From the NCBI GenBank assembly GCA_016748015.1, contig JAAOMT010000761.1, positions 111,331 to 175,330 of the forward strand: 64,000 nt of DNA. Direction: 5' to 3'. The translations under genes were made by a program, and so were the position numbers. The first letter of the stretch is position 1. Every line of letters starts with the position of its first letter. The DNA is from Geosiphon pyriformis uo1. Lineage: Eukaryota; Fungi; Glomeromycota. Below, piece after piece: positions 13,654 through 23,559 of the stretch. The notes under the pieces were generated by a model that was not told the origin of the DNA, searched no databases, and saw only the letters and a program-made list of their open reading frames with translations.

Positions 13654-15018
13654 ATAGACGAGGAAATAAACGTAAGAAAATAAAAAGTTTTAATTTAGGG
13701 AATTGCTAAATCGACCTACCCGCAACATGTGATATCAATTATGTCATAGTTTCGTATTCAACTATATATAGGAACATATTAACGAGTTTATAATAAGTTT
13801 TTATAAAATTACAGATTATATTCATATGATGTTATCACCTCCAGAAACATCATATAGCTCTTGTGAAATGATGATACAAAGTTTTAACACCTTTACATAC
13901 TCCCAAGGATATGTAGTTACAAAACGATGCTCTGCTGCTAATGGTACTCGTATTACCTTCAAATGTGATCGGGGAAATGAATATAATGCTTCTAAAAGAC
14001 TTTTATTAGAAGATCGACAACGAAAAACAGCAACTCGATTAACAAACTGCCCTTTTATTGTATATGGATGATTACTCAAAGCTAATGAATGCTGGTATTT
14101 AACAGTTCGCAATGCTGAACATAATCATGAGCCATCTGATAATATTGCTGGACATCCTGCTGCTCGACGACTTAAATCCAAACAGAAAGTATTAGTTTCA
14201 CAAATGTTAAGTGCAGGCATTGCACCAAAGGCAATTTTACAGCATTACGACAGGAAGATCTTGAACAACATGCAATTTCAAAGACTATTTATAATGAACA
14301 ACATCTTCGAAAAATAGAGCTTGCTAATCGTTCATCTATACTAGTTTCATTTTATTTGGCATCTAGTAAATACAAATCGTATTTTTACAATGATTAATCC
14401 TGAAGTTAATATTCCAACAGTTATTCCAAGTTTGGATCCATTGCTTGAAGAAATAAATCGAACATATCAACTTTTGGCTCCACATCAACAAGAAGCAATG
14501 TGCACTCAATTAATTCAGATTTCAACCACATCTCTTGCAATTGAGAATCCTTTTAATCAACGAACTCGAGAACGTCTTTAGGTGCTTTAAATCGCTCTCA
14601 ACAAAATATTGCTCATCAAAAATCATCTATTCAACGAAATTTATCCCAATTTGAAATTGTTGAAAATGTTTCTTCTCAAATACAAGTACGTAAATGTAAA
14701 ATTTGTAAGAAACAAGGCGATAATATTTGGGTCCACAACGAGGTGTTTTTTAATTATAAAACACTATAAATTACTTAAGGCATAATAAAAAATTAAATAT
14801 ATAATCTATTTTCAATTTTATATAAGAAAAAGTTTAATTAAACTAATAAAATTCTATATAAATTAATATCACGTGTTGCGGATGGGTCGATTTTGCAATT
14901 CCCTTAATTTATATACGCGTCTGTGGCTTTGTTGTCATGATGAAAATGCTACCCCGTGATTGAGTTATCATGTGCAAATATATCTCATCTTTGTTTTTTT
15001 TTGTTTTTCCTAGTCTAT
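13654..15018 (-). repeat. Copy 1 of a ~140-bp element with short terminal inverted repeats, split by the MULE insertion
   Basis: 13654-13697 plus 14912-15018 is the reverse complement of 20650-20793. The ends ATAGACGAGGAAA / TTTCCTAGTCTAT match at 12 of 13 positions. Confidence 0.8.
13698..14903 (+). mobile_element. Non-autonomous, internally deleted Mutator-like (MULE/FAR1-type) DNA transposon
   Basis: TIRs GGGAATTGCTAAATCGACCTACCCGCAACATGTGATATC / GATATCACGTGTTGCGGATGGGTCGATTTTGCAATTCCC-like (~45 bp). 8-bp TSD TTAATTTA (13690-13697, 14904-14911). FAR1-like N-terminus (FKCDRG...TNCPF...EHNH) and C-terminal KCKICKKQG knuckle. The DDE core is absent. Confidence 0.9.
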
Positions 15019-15287
15019 CTACGACAGCTGGCGTCTCCAAGGATGTTATATCGGAGGCTGAACGACGCTGACCCATAATGGAAGACCTAAAGACAATCCC
15101 TTTTTAGTGTCGGCCATTGGGGAGTATCCTGATTGTATCTATCAAACATGATATTAGATCATAGTCCCTTTTCTCGCTTTGAGTCTCAAGTCCAAAATTA
15201 TAAGCATCCTTCTGGCTTCAAAAAGCGGCTGAAAATACTTGTGGTCAATCAAGGAAACCTACAAATCAATGAATAGGGAAAGCATGT

Positions 15288-15715
15288 AGAAGGAAGACTC
15301 GTGGAAGAATTGTTTAGGCTGGGGAAGGATTCGGAGTTCGAGCAATAAGTATCATATGTATATGTAATGCTTAGTTTATAATATATATGTTAACGCAAGT
15401 TCTACTTTCACTCGTTTATTGTGGATGTGGATGATGAAATAATCAAGCGACATTTCGGCGAATAGGAACTGCATGAGATCGATTACACACCTAGTCCTCA
15501 GGTGCCTGAGCATTCAGATGAAATCACGGCCTATTTGGGCAAATTTGTAAACAATCTAAATGTTTTACCTCCGTAGTTTGGTTTATATATAACATTAAAA
15601 AGCCGCTAAATTATTATTTTTGTCTCAATAGATGGGTCTCAAAGTATCATCAAAGAAGAATATCGCCCAGAATTATCGCGAAAAACACCACGACATCGAT
15701 TACATACTCTATCGA
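15288..15715 (+). pseudogene. Fragmentary pseudogene paralogous to the 20794-23036 gene
   Basis: EGRLVEE.LFRLGKDSEFE / LLHSFIVDVDDEIIKRHFGE*ELHEI aligns with SGRFVEDVLFELGMICQYH / LVHSFILDIEDSFVEKAFSKAEILEI. Introns sit at the same positions. It has a decayed donor (ATAAGT) and an in-frame stop. Confidence 0.75.
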
Positions 15716-15829
15716 GGACTTTTTAAATAACTTGAGGATAATTAACGAAATATTTCCCGCTTTCAACCAATAATTGAGCAGTTAGTAAGAGCGGTTTTTG
15801 GATAAGGAAAGATTGAATATATACTGATC

Positions 15830-17545
15830 GGCGTATCTGGGTTCATGGCTTGAGGCTTGTTCCAGAATGGTTATGCGGCCCGCCTTTGTGCGTGATAAGA
15901 TAGTGAACGGTTAGAACCCTGTGCCACAGTGGGCTGCCGATTGCTACCGCATAACAACATTTGTTGGATACTCAAATGTCTCGGTTTATTTTTGGACCGG
16001 CGTATCTGGGTTCAAGGCTTGAGGTTGTGTTCCAGAATGGTTATGCGGCCCGCCTTTGTGCGTGATAAGATAGTGAACGGTTAGAACCCTGTGCCACAGT
16101 GGGGTGCCGATTGCTACCGCATAACAACATTTGTTGGATACTCAANNNNNNNNNNNNNNNNNNNNNNNNNNNNNNNNNNNNNNNNNNNNNNNNNNNNNNN
16201 NNNNNNNNNNNNNNNNNNNNNNNNNNNNNNNNNNNNNNNNNNNNNNNNNNNNNNNNNNNNNNNNNNNNNNNNNNNNNNNNNNNNNNNNNNNNNNNNNNNN
16301 NNNNNNNNNNNNNNNNNNNNNNNNNNNNNNNNNNNNNNNNNNNNNNNNNNNNNNNNNNNNNNNNNNNNNNNNNNNNNNNNNNNNNNNNNNNNNNNNNNNN
16401 NNNNNNNNNNNNNNNNNNNNNNNNNNNNNNNNNNNNNNNNNNNNNNNNNNNNNNNNNNNNNNNNNNNNNNNNNNNNNNNNNNNNNNNNNNNNNNNNNNNN
16501 NNNNNNNNNNNNNNNNNNNNNNNNNNNNNNNNNNNNNNNNNNNNNNNNNNNNNNNNNNNNNNNNNNNNNNNNNNNNNNNNNNNNNNNNNNNNNNNNNNNN
16601 NNNNNNNNNNNNNNNNNNNNNNNNNNNNNNNNNNNNNNNNNTGCCGATTGCTACCGCATAACAACATTTGTTGGATACTCAAATGTCTCGGTTTATTTTT
16701 GGACCGGCGTATCTGGGTTCAAGGCTTGAGGTTGTGTTCCAGAATGGTTATGCGGCCCGCCTTTGTGCGTGATAAGATAGTGAACGGTTAGAACCCTGTG
16801 CGACAGTGGGCTGCCGATTGCTACCGCATAACAACATTTTGTTGGATGCTCAAATGTCTCGGTTTATTTTTGGACTGGCGTATCTGGGTTCATGGCTTGA
16901 GGCTTGTTCCAGAATGGTTATGCGGCCCGCCTTTGTGCGTGATAAGATAGTGAACGGTTAGAACCCTGTGCCACAGTGGGCTGCCGATTGCTACCGCATA
17001 ACAACATATTGTTGGATACTCAAATGTCTCGGTTTATTTTTGGACTGGCGTATCTGGGTTCATGGCTTGAGGCTTGTTCCAGAATGGTTATGCGGCCCGC
17101 CTTTGTGCGTGATAAGATAGTGAACGGTTAGAACCCTGTGCCACAGTGGGCTGCCGATTGCTACCGCATAACAACATTTGTTGGATACTCAAATGTCTCG
17201 GTTTATTTTTGGACTGGCGTATCTGGGTTCATGGCTTGAGGCTTGTTCCAGAATGGTTGTGCGGCCCGCCTTTGTGCGTGATAAGATAGTGAACGGTTAG
17301 AACCCTGTGCCACAGTGGGCTGCCGATTGCTACCGCATAACAACATTTGTTGGATACTCAAATGTCTCGGTTTATTTTTGGACCGGCGTATCTGGGTTCA
17401 AGGCTTGAGGTTGTGTTCCAGAATGGTTATGCGGCCCGCCTTTGTGCGTGATAAGATAGTGAACGGTTAGAACCCTGTGCGACAGTGGGCTGCCGATTGC
17501 TACCGCATAACAACATTTTGTTGGATACTCAAATGTCTCGGTTTA
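15830..17545. repeat. Tandem array of a 169-171 bp GC-rich monomer (at least 7 visible units; true copy number unknown because of the gap)
   Basis: Units start at 15830, 15999, 16706, 16877, 17047, 17216 and 17385 (GGCGTATCTGGGTTC...). The copies are near-identical and fall into two variants. Confidence 0.97.
16146..16641. other. Assembly gap (496 N) inside the tandem array
   Basis: Run of N flanked on both sides by array monomers. Confidence 0.99.
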
Positions 17546-17929
17546 TATTTGGTTTTAATATACTTGTAAAATATAAATTTTATTTTAAAAAACCTCATAT
17601 TTTTTACAATAAGTGTAAAGCTGCTAGTAATATTTTAATGTAATTAATGTAATTTAATTAGTGTGCTAATTTTAAAAAACACCAAATATTACCTATTATA
17701 TATTGTAATAAAAAAGTTTTTTAAAGCTTAAAATACAAAAATAAATATTAAATATTGTTAATATAAGAATATTAATTTTTTTAATTATTGTTATTATAAG
17801 TATTATTTCTTATAATTTAATTTTTATTAAATTTTCTTGACTTACCTGGTGATACCTAAATATCAAAATATACCGAAGATAAGCTAGGCTTATATAAATG
17901 CTCATCCAAATTATAACAATTCTACATAA

Positions 17930-18953
17930 AAACCAGGCCATATTTTTTGGATTAAATCCCTCTATATCCCCAGAAAATCCTGAAGTGTTGGATTTTGAAA
18001 AAGATTTTTTCCCTCCAAATCCGAACTTCTCAGTCATAGTATTAAGATGGATGATTTTTTGGAGATTTTAATAATTTATCTACCTTTGTGCTGCGTTTTT
18101 TATTAACAGCCCCTGTTTTTTGCCATTTATTTGGTCTTTTATCAGTGGTGGCAGCTTCCTCCAGCACAATATCAAAGTCATCATTTAAGGTGGTGTCTTC
18201 AATACCCTTTCGTTCTAGGGTAAAAAGCACAATTAGTAAACATAAGATCAAATATTCGGTTCATCAATAACAATCTCTGTCGATTTCGTGCCATCTATTC
18301 GTCGGATTTTACCATTTCAGCAAAGTAGTCATCCAGATGACTCAATGAAATACTAGTTTCAAGAAAGCGAGCGCGACCTACCATTGTTGCTCCCAAGGCT
18401 TGCTTATAACTTTGATAAGATATCCCAAGGCAAATATATGAGACTCGAATCTTATAGTTGATGTAAAAGAAATAGGCTAAATGGATGATTACAATACAAG
18501 CTCCCTTTCCATGTCATTATTGACATCTGTGATGATGGCGGGTTGGAAGGATATTAGAGTCTGTGTCTCAATAGGGGAGCTCGAGTTTCATTTAGAATTT
18601 GAGATATGCACCAGAACAACGGCATCAAGATTAGGTAATACATTGTCTTGGAACTGCTTCTTCTTCTAATTCCTCTTGCGACAATTGAACTATTGTTATC
18701 TCTTCTGTATATTTTGTTTCCTCAATATTAGAATTATTATCTGATTCACTGTTTTTTTCTGCTGATAGTTTACGAAACATCCTGTCTATTTTGATAATAT
18801 TATCTTCTTTTTCTGTCTCTTTTTGATCTATTTCCGAGTCTTGCTCAGTCCATTCTTTATCCTCTTCATGCTCTGCATACTTCTGTTGTTTTATGCATGA
18901 TTCCTTCCTTGTTGCTTTTTACTTGATTTGAACGGTATTTTTTTTGAATGCAT
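17930..18953 (-). pseudogene. EBP2: rRNA-processing protein Ebp2 pseudogene (intron-containing)
   Basis: Acidic N-terminus, DVNNDMEREL, YKQALGATMVGRARFLETSISLSHLDDYFAEMVKSDE*MARNRQRL and the C-terminal KFGFGGKKSFSKSN...GFNPK are Ebp2 hallmarks. It has in-frame stops and appears to lack the central coiled-coil part. Confidence 0.85.
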
Positions 18954-19063
18954 CCGTTAAATTTCTAAATCATACAAAAAGTAAATGTGAGGTAAATCGT
19001 ACTTTAATCACAAACCAGTTTTCATATCAGATCCGAACGCGATCATCGACAAGTAAGAGAAAG

Positions 19064-20650
19064 ATGTATTTCTATTGGTGGTGTTGATATTGTAAAATCA
19101 TACAAAAACCAGGATGAACCAAACACAACGCTGTCTTGTTGCTTTCTCAAAATTACCCAATTGCCCTCAAATTCGAATATAATTATCATCTCTGTAATTC
19201 AATACTATTTCTTCAAAGATAGTATTCGACGTTATTATAAACAAAATAATGCTGAAAAAATTTGATCAAATCAGAATTTGTTGGAACTAGTTAAATCTTG
19301 ATTTTGTGATGAACAGAAAAATTTGGTTTGTTGATTATTAGGCAAAATTACCAAATTTGATGAATCAAATTATGGCACCATCCTCAAAGATACGTTACTG
19401 AATGCCAAAGTGCCTGAAAAACTCGAGGAATTGATCATGCGGCATAATGTGTTGTTGAAAAATTTTGATATATGTTCTATTCCAAAAATCAAAATTACCC
19501 TTTTCAAATATCTGCTTAAACTTTATATATATTATTTTATCTTTAGGCTTCAAGTTTTCAAGACTCAGATGCCTATATTATGAAATCGAAAGAGTTGTGA
19601 TATTGCTTTGCCATACAAAGAATTAAAAAAGGCTGAACATGTATTGCGATGTAATTTGGCTTCCTTTAACTTGGATTTATGGCTCATTATGGCTCATTTT
19701 TTGTTAAATATATTGGTCTTTAAAGAAACTAGCAGAAATCTTGCAAATAATTGCTGAATCAGAAAACGATCAAGATCTCAGATTAATGGCTCAGGAAGAG
19801 TATAATACTATGAAACGGATCCTAGAAATTGAACGAAAAATTGTATCAGCTCTTCTACCAAAAGATAATGCAGATCAGGGAAATGCAATTCTTGAAGTTC
19901 GTGCGGTATCAATTTTTAATTTTATCAATATTCTTAAAAAATGCTCATTTAAGTCAGATATTTTAATCGTTATGATATTTATGTACGAGCGATATGCCGT
20001 TTTATCAGAAGAATCAAGTGGTAATTTTTTGTGATCACCCTTAAACGTGATTTGGGTTATTACAATTTGAGTATATATTCAGAGCTGATTATTTTTCGGT
20101 ATCAATAAATAGTGGTGGAGTGTTGGGAAATCTGAAAGATGAATCGGGTGTTCATCGTGTTCAACGCATTCCGGCTACTGAAAAGCAGGGCCGAGTTCAT
20201 ACTAGCATAATTACAGTGGCAATTTTGCCGGAGCCTACTGAGGTCAAGAGAAACTTTTGCAAATCGAGAAAAAAAAAAGGATAATGTTAAACTCTCTAAT
20301 TACACCTTTACCCTCAATTCATACATAAATGTAGGTGACGTTATTGACCCTTTTATAAGTACATCAAACACTACACCTCCTGTTACCGTTTACCCTAACG
20401 GCAATAGTGTTCCTCTTTCAAATGGAAACCTATCACACGCTCAACAGTCAGACGAACAACGTCTAAATAATAACAGTCTATCAGTAGACAGTTTTTGAGG
20501 TCAAAGAAGCTTTTATTTCTGGCTTGCTCATTTTATCATTAGATTTATTCTTGTTCTAAAGGTGGATATTTTATCGTGCAAACGGAAAAGGAGGTCAACA
20601 TGTAAATAAAACAGAAAGTGCGGCTTATTACTCTGGCACTAACAGGTATA
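19064..20650 (+). pseudogene. MRF1: Mitochondrial/bacterial-type class I peptide chain release factor 1 pseudogene (intron-containing, 3'-truncated)
   Basis: DLRLMAQEEY...[53 protein letters not shown] (PxT motif) and YRANGKGGQHVNKTESA (GGQ motif). It has frameshifts and stops and ends at the TGI codons where the 140-bp element begins. The start position is approximate. Confidence 0.9.
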
Positions 20651-20793
20651 TAGACTATGAAAAAAAAAAAGATGAAATATATTTGCACATGATAACTCAA
20701 TCACGGGGTAGCATTTTCATCATAACAGCAAAGCCACAGACGCGTATATGAATTAAAACTTTTTATTTTACTCGCGTTTACTTCCTCGTCAAT
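20650..20793 (+). promoter_or_regulatory. Copy 2 of the ~140-bp element; forms the immediate upstream region of the intact gene and carries MCB-like boxes
   Basis: Inverted homolog of 13654-15018 (minus the MULE). Contains ACGCGT (20740-20745) and TCGCGT (20772-20777) and ends at the ATG at 20794. Confidence 0.6.
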
Positions 20794-23036
20794 ATGTCTA
20801 CGCTAGATATTTTACAAAAATCCGCCTTCATCACGTCACAACTCGATAAAGACTTTTTTCGAGTGCTGGATTTTTATCGCGAATTCAGGTACCCCTATGA
20901 TGCCCGTGCTGCTGCCGAGAAGGATTACTTGGAAGCGCTCGATATTATAATCAAGCGTAGTACAGCAAAAACTGCGAAAAAAGCGAAGAATTTACGCGCA
21001 AGAGCAAAATATGATGTTACACAGTTTTGGTATACTTCTTTCTGGGAGGGTTTGGAGATGGAATACCAACGCACACAGATAAATTTATCAAAGGTATGAA
21101 ACTGTTCTTGCGATAAATTTTGATAAAATCTAACATATCCCAGCAACTGTCATTATGTAGGAGAAACTTGATACCGTAAGGCCTCATACTACAGAGGAGC
21201 ACCTATCAGTGAATGACAAGAACACCTTCCTACAAATAAGTGAAAGTAGTGCGGAGAATCAAGTGACAAAGCTGGATAAAATAGGGAATAATGGATGCAG
21301 AGAGAAGGGGAAGGAGCCTGAAATCACTGAGCCGGCTAGATCAAATTTATCAATTCCAACCGTCCTACTCCCCAGTGGTGATGAAGAATTTGGGTTGGAG
21401 GATAAAATATTATTCAGACAAAAGTAATTTTCCTTTATTTCTTGTACATATCCAGTTTTGGGATGATTGACTAACCATTGATCTAAACAAAGGTTCGAGG
21501 ACTTGGAGAATTCTAAAAAATGGATGCTTCAGTCTGGTAGATTTGTTGAAGATGTGCTCTTTGAGCTGGGAATGATATGTCAATACCATAAGTAAGAGTC
21601 TTGTTGCATTACATTATGATACCCATTTTATACACCATGGAAGACTTTGCTGATCTACATTTTACTCACTTTTTAGTCTAGTACATTCATTCATTCTCGA
21701 TATAGAGGATAGTTTTGTGGAGAAGGCGTTTTCGAAGGCAGAAATATTAGAGATCACGGAAAAGGAGAACACCACAGATCCGGATATTGAGGAAGAGCTT
21801 TTAGAATACATAAATACGTTTGACAAAGTAAACATATTATTATCATGTCGTTCTTAAATACTTCATTTGCTAACTAACAAAATTTTTTCACAGGGTTCTA
21901 CCACAGAAATACGCGCAGCTCTCAACAAACCACATCCTCGACTTGAAAATGGGTATGACCCACAAGAGGACTTTGCTTATGACCATGTAAGAACGACAGT
22001 AGCAGATTGGTAAGCAGCAAAGGAAATTTTATTGATGAATTTATTGCTGCTGCTTAAATTATATATTATTGTATAGGCTCCGTCTTCTTGAGATGAAATC
22101 AAATCCGCTTACTCTTCAATTGCCAGAAGCATGGTATCGAGTTAACGTATGGAGAACAATTGATATTGCATTTTCAAACATTCCAAACACCTTGTTCATT
22201 GGGTAGGTAATTATGCCAGTGTCCCTATTGTCATTTATAATTGATTTTTATTTTTTTTTCGAATCATGGCCGTAGTGGTGAAGTAATAGGATTGGCGAGT
22301 AGCGAAAGGAAAAATAGATACAGGACTTCAGGCAATGTTGGGCCAATGCAACGGAAACTGATAGGGAAAAAAGGAGATGGGTACTTGAGGACGATCGGAT
22401 CTATATCTACAGACTGGGCTGCATCGGAGGCGGGACCCAAGTGGGAGGGAGAGCATGGGACAAAATTCATCAAGGAATGTGGCATAAGTTTGCCAAGGAC
22501 ATTAAAGGATATTCTTGTCAAGCTTGCTCGCAATGTTGATTTCTCCGAACAAAAGCTTAGAAAGTTCAATGTAGTGGGTTTTATTCATGCAGGTTAATAC
22601 ATATATAGACTTTTTTGATATGGCTTTACTGAAATTTACTGATAATTGACATTTTAAAGGTGCCGTGATGGTCTTGACAAATTTGGATTGCCCAGCAGGA
22701 TACATTTGCCGATACAGGAGGGGAAAAGCGCTTGAAGTTCAAGCAGATGTGAAAAACTTTAGCAAGTCTTTGGATGTTTTAGTCGAAATAATATATGCCA
22801 AGGTAGAATTTACATTAAAATGTCTTGTAATACAAAGCTTTCTTTTGAAGGGTTAATTGATCTCTTTTTATTTGCAGCTTCGAATTCTTCAGACAATGGA
22901 AGTGATGAATGATGATGTGGATAGTGGAAGTAAACATTCTAGAAACATTAATAAATGGAAGCTACAGAAAGAGCTTAAGCGGTCGCACAATAATAACCTT
23001 CCTGAATGCCATCCCACTCCAAAGAAAAAGAAATAG
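20794..23036 (+). CDS. Intact 9-exon gene, 557 aa; putative PD-(D/E)XK restriction-endonuclease-fold protein with a C-terminal NLS
   Basis: Exons 20794-21093, 21161-21423, 21493-21591, 21677-21827, 21894-22009, 22077-22202, 22276-22592, 22660-22802 and 22878-23036 join through GT-AG introns into 1674 nt without internal stops. Motifs: WMLQSGRFVE, HSFILD, LPEAWY, GE...ASSERKN, GKKGDG, SEAG; ends PTPKKKK. The fold call is inference. Confidence 0.85.
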
Positions 23037-23559
23037 TTAATTTTTAGATATTCTTTGTAATTTTTATTTAATACAAAGTGTATGTATAGATATTTTTAAT
23101 GTTTAGTTTAAGTGGCAATGAATGAATTTATTAAAACTCTAATTCTTTCTGAATTTTACCCCGTATTTGTTTTTTTAAGGCTAATTTTAGAATTGACTAA
23201 AATATTTCTCTTTTTTAATACTTTATTTAAATTTGAATTTAGATTTAAACTTAATTATTGTGCAAATTAGTCTTTATAAACAAAATAATAATTTGTTTAA
23301 TAAGTTTTATTTTAAACTTAATTATTATTATTATTTTACAAGTTGAAATTTAATTATTATTAACTACAATACAACAAGACATGTTTAAAATAAATATTAT
23401 TTATGTAATTTTAATATATAATTAGCCACTTGTTTAATTAAAGCATTACTTTATACTTAACACAATAAAAACATTATAAAAAAATAAATAACTTGACTTA
23501 AAACCAAAATTTATTAAGTAATTCTTAAAAACACTTATTTTATATAAATTTTTTTTATT

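Noticed and set aside
16041-16791. Long ORFs of 176-230 aa in the ORF track
   Set aside because: Artefacts of translating through the N gap.
15830-17545. CRISPR array
   Set aside because: Whole 169-171 bp units repeat with no unique spacers, no cas genes are present, and the context is eukaryotic.
15830-17545. 5S rRNA, tRNA, U2/U5 snRNA or hammerhead ribozyme array
   Set aside because: Only scattered short resemblances (TCTCGG..TTTTGG..GTATCTG as in U2, CGCCTTT as in U5, A/B-box-like words). The invariant cores (U2 AAGATCAAGTGTAGTA, U5 GCCTTTTAC, hammerhead CTGANGA/GAAA, cloverleaf) are missing.
17670-17700. AACACCAAATATTACC resembling the PBS-LTR junction of the B/C family
   Set aside because: Similarity does not extend into LTR or gag sequence on either side.
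19064-20650. Bacterial prfA from contamination or horizontal transfer
   Set aside because: Interrupted by spliceosomal-type introns and paired with eukaryotic EBP2; fits nuclear-encoded MRF1.
13654-20793. Pack-MULE with the two 140-bp copies as TIRs, as a firm call
   Set aside because: The outer flanks (TTTTTTATA versus AATATGTCT) form no TSD; kept only as one hypothesis.
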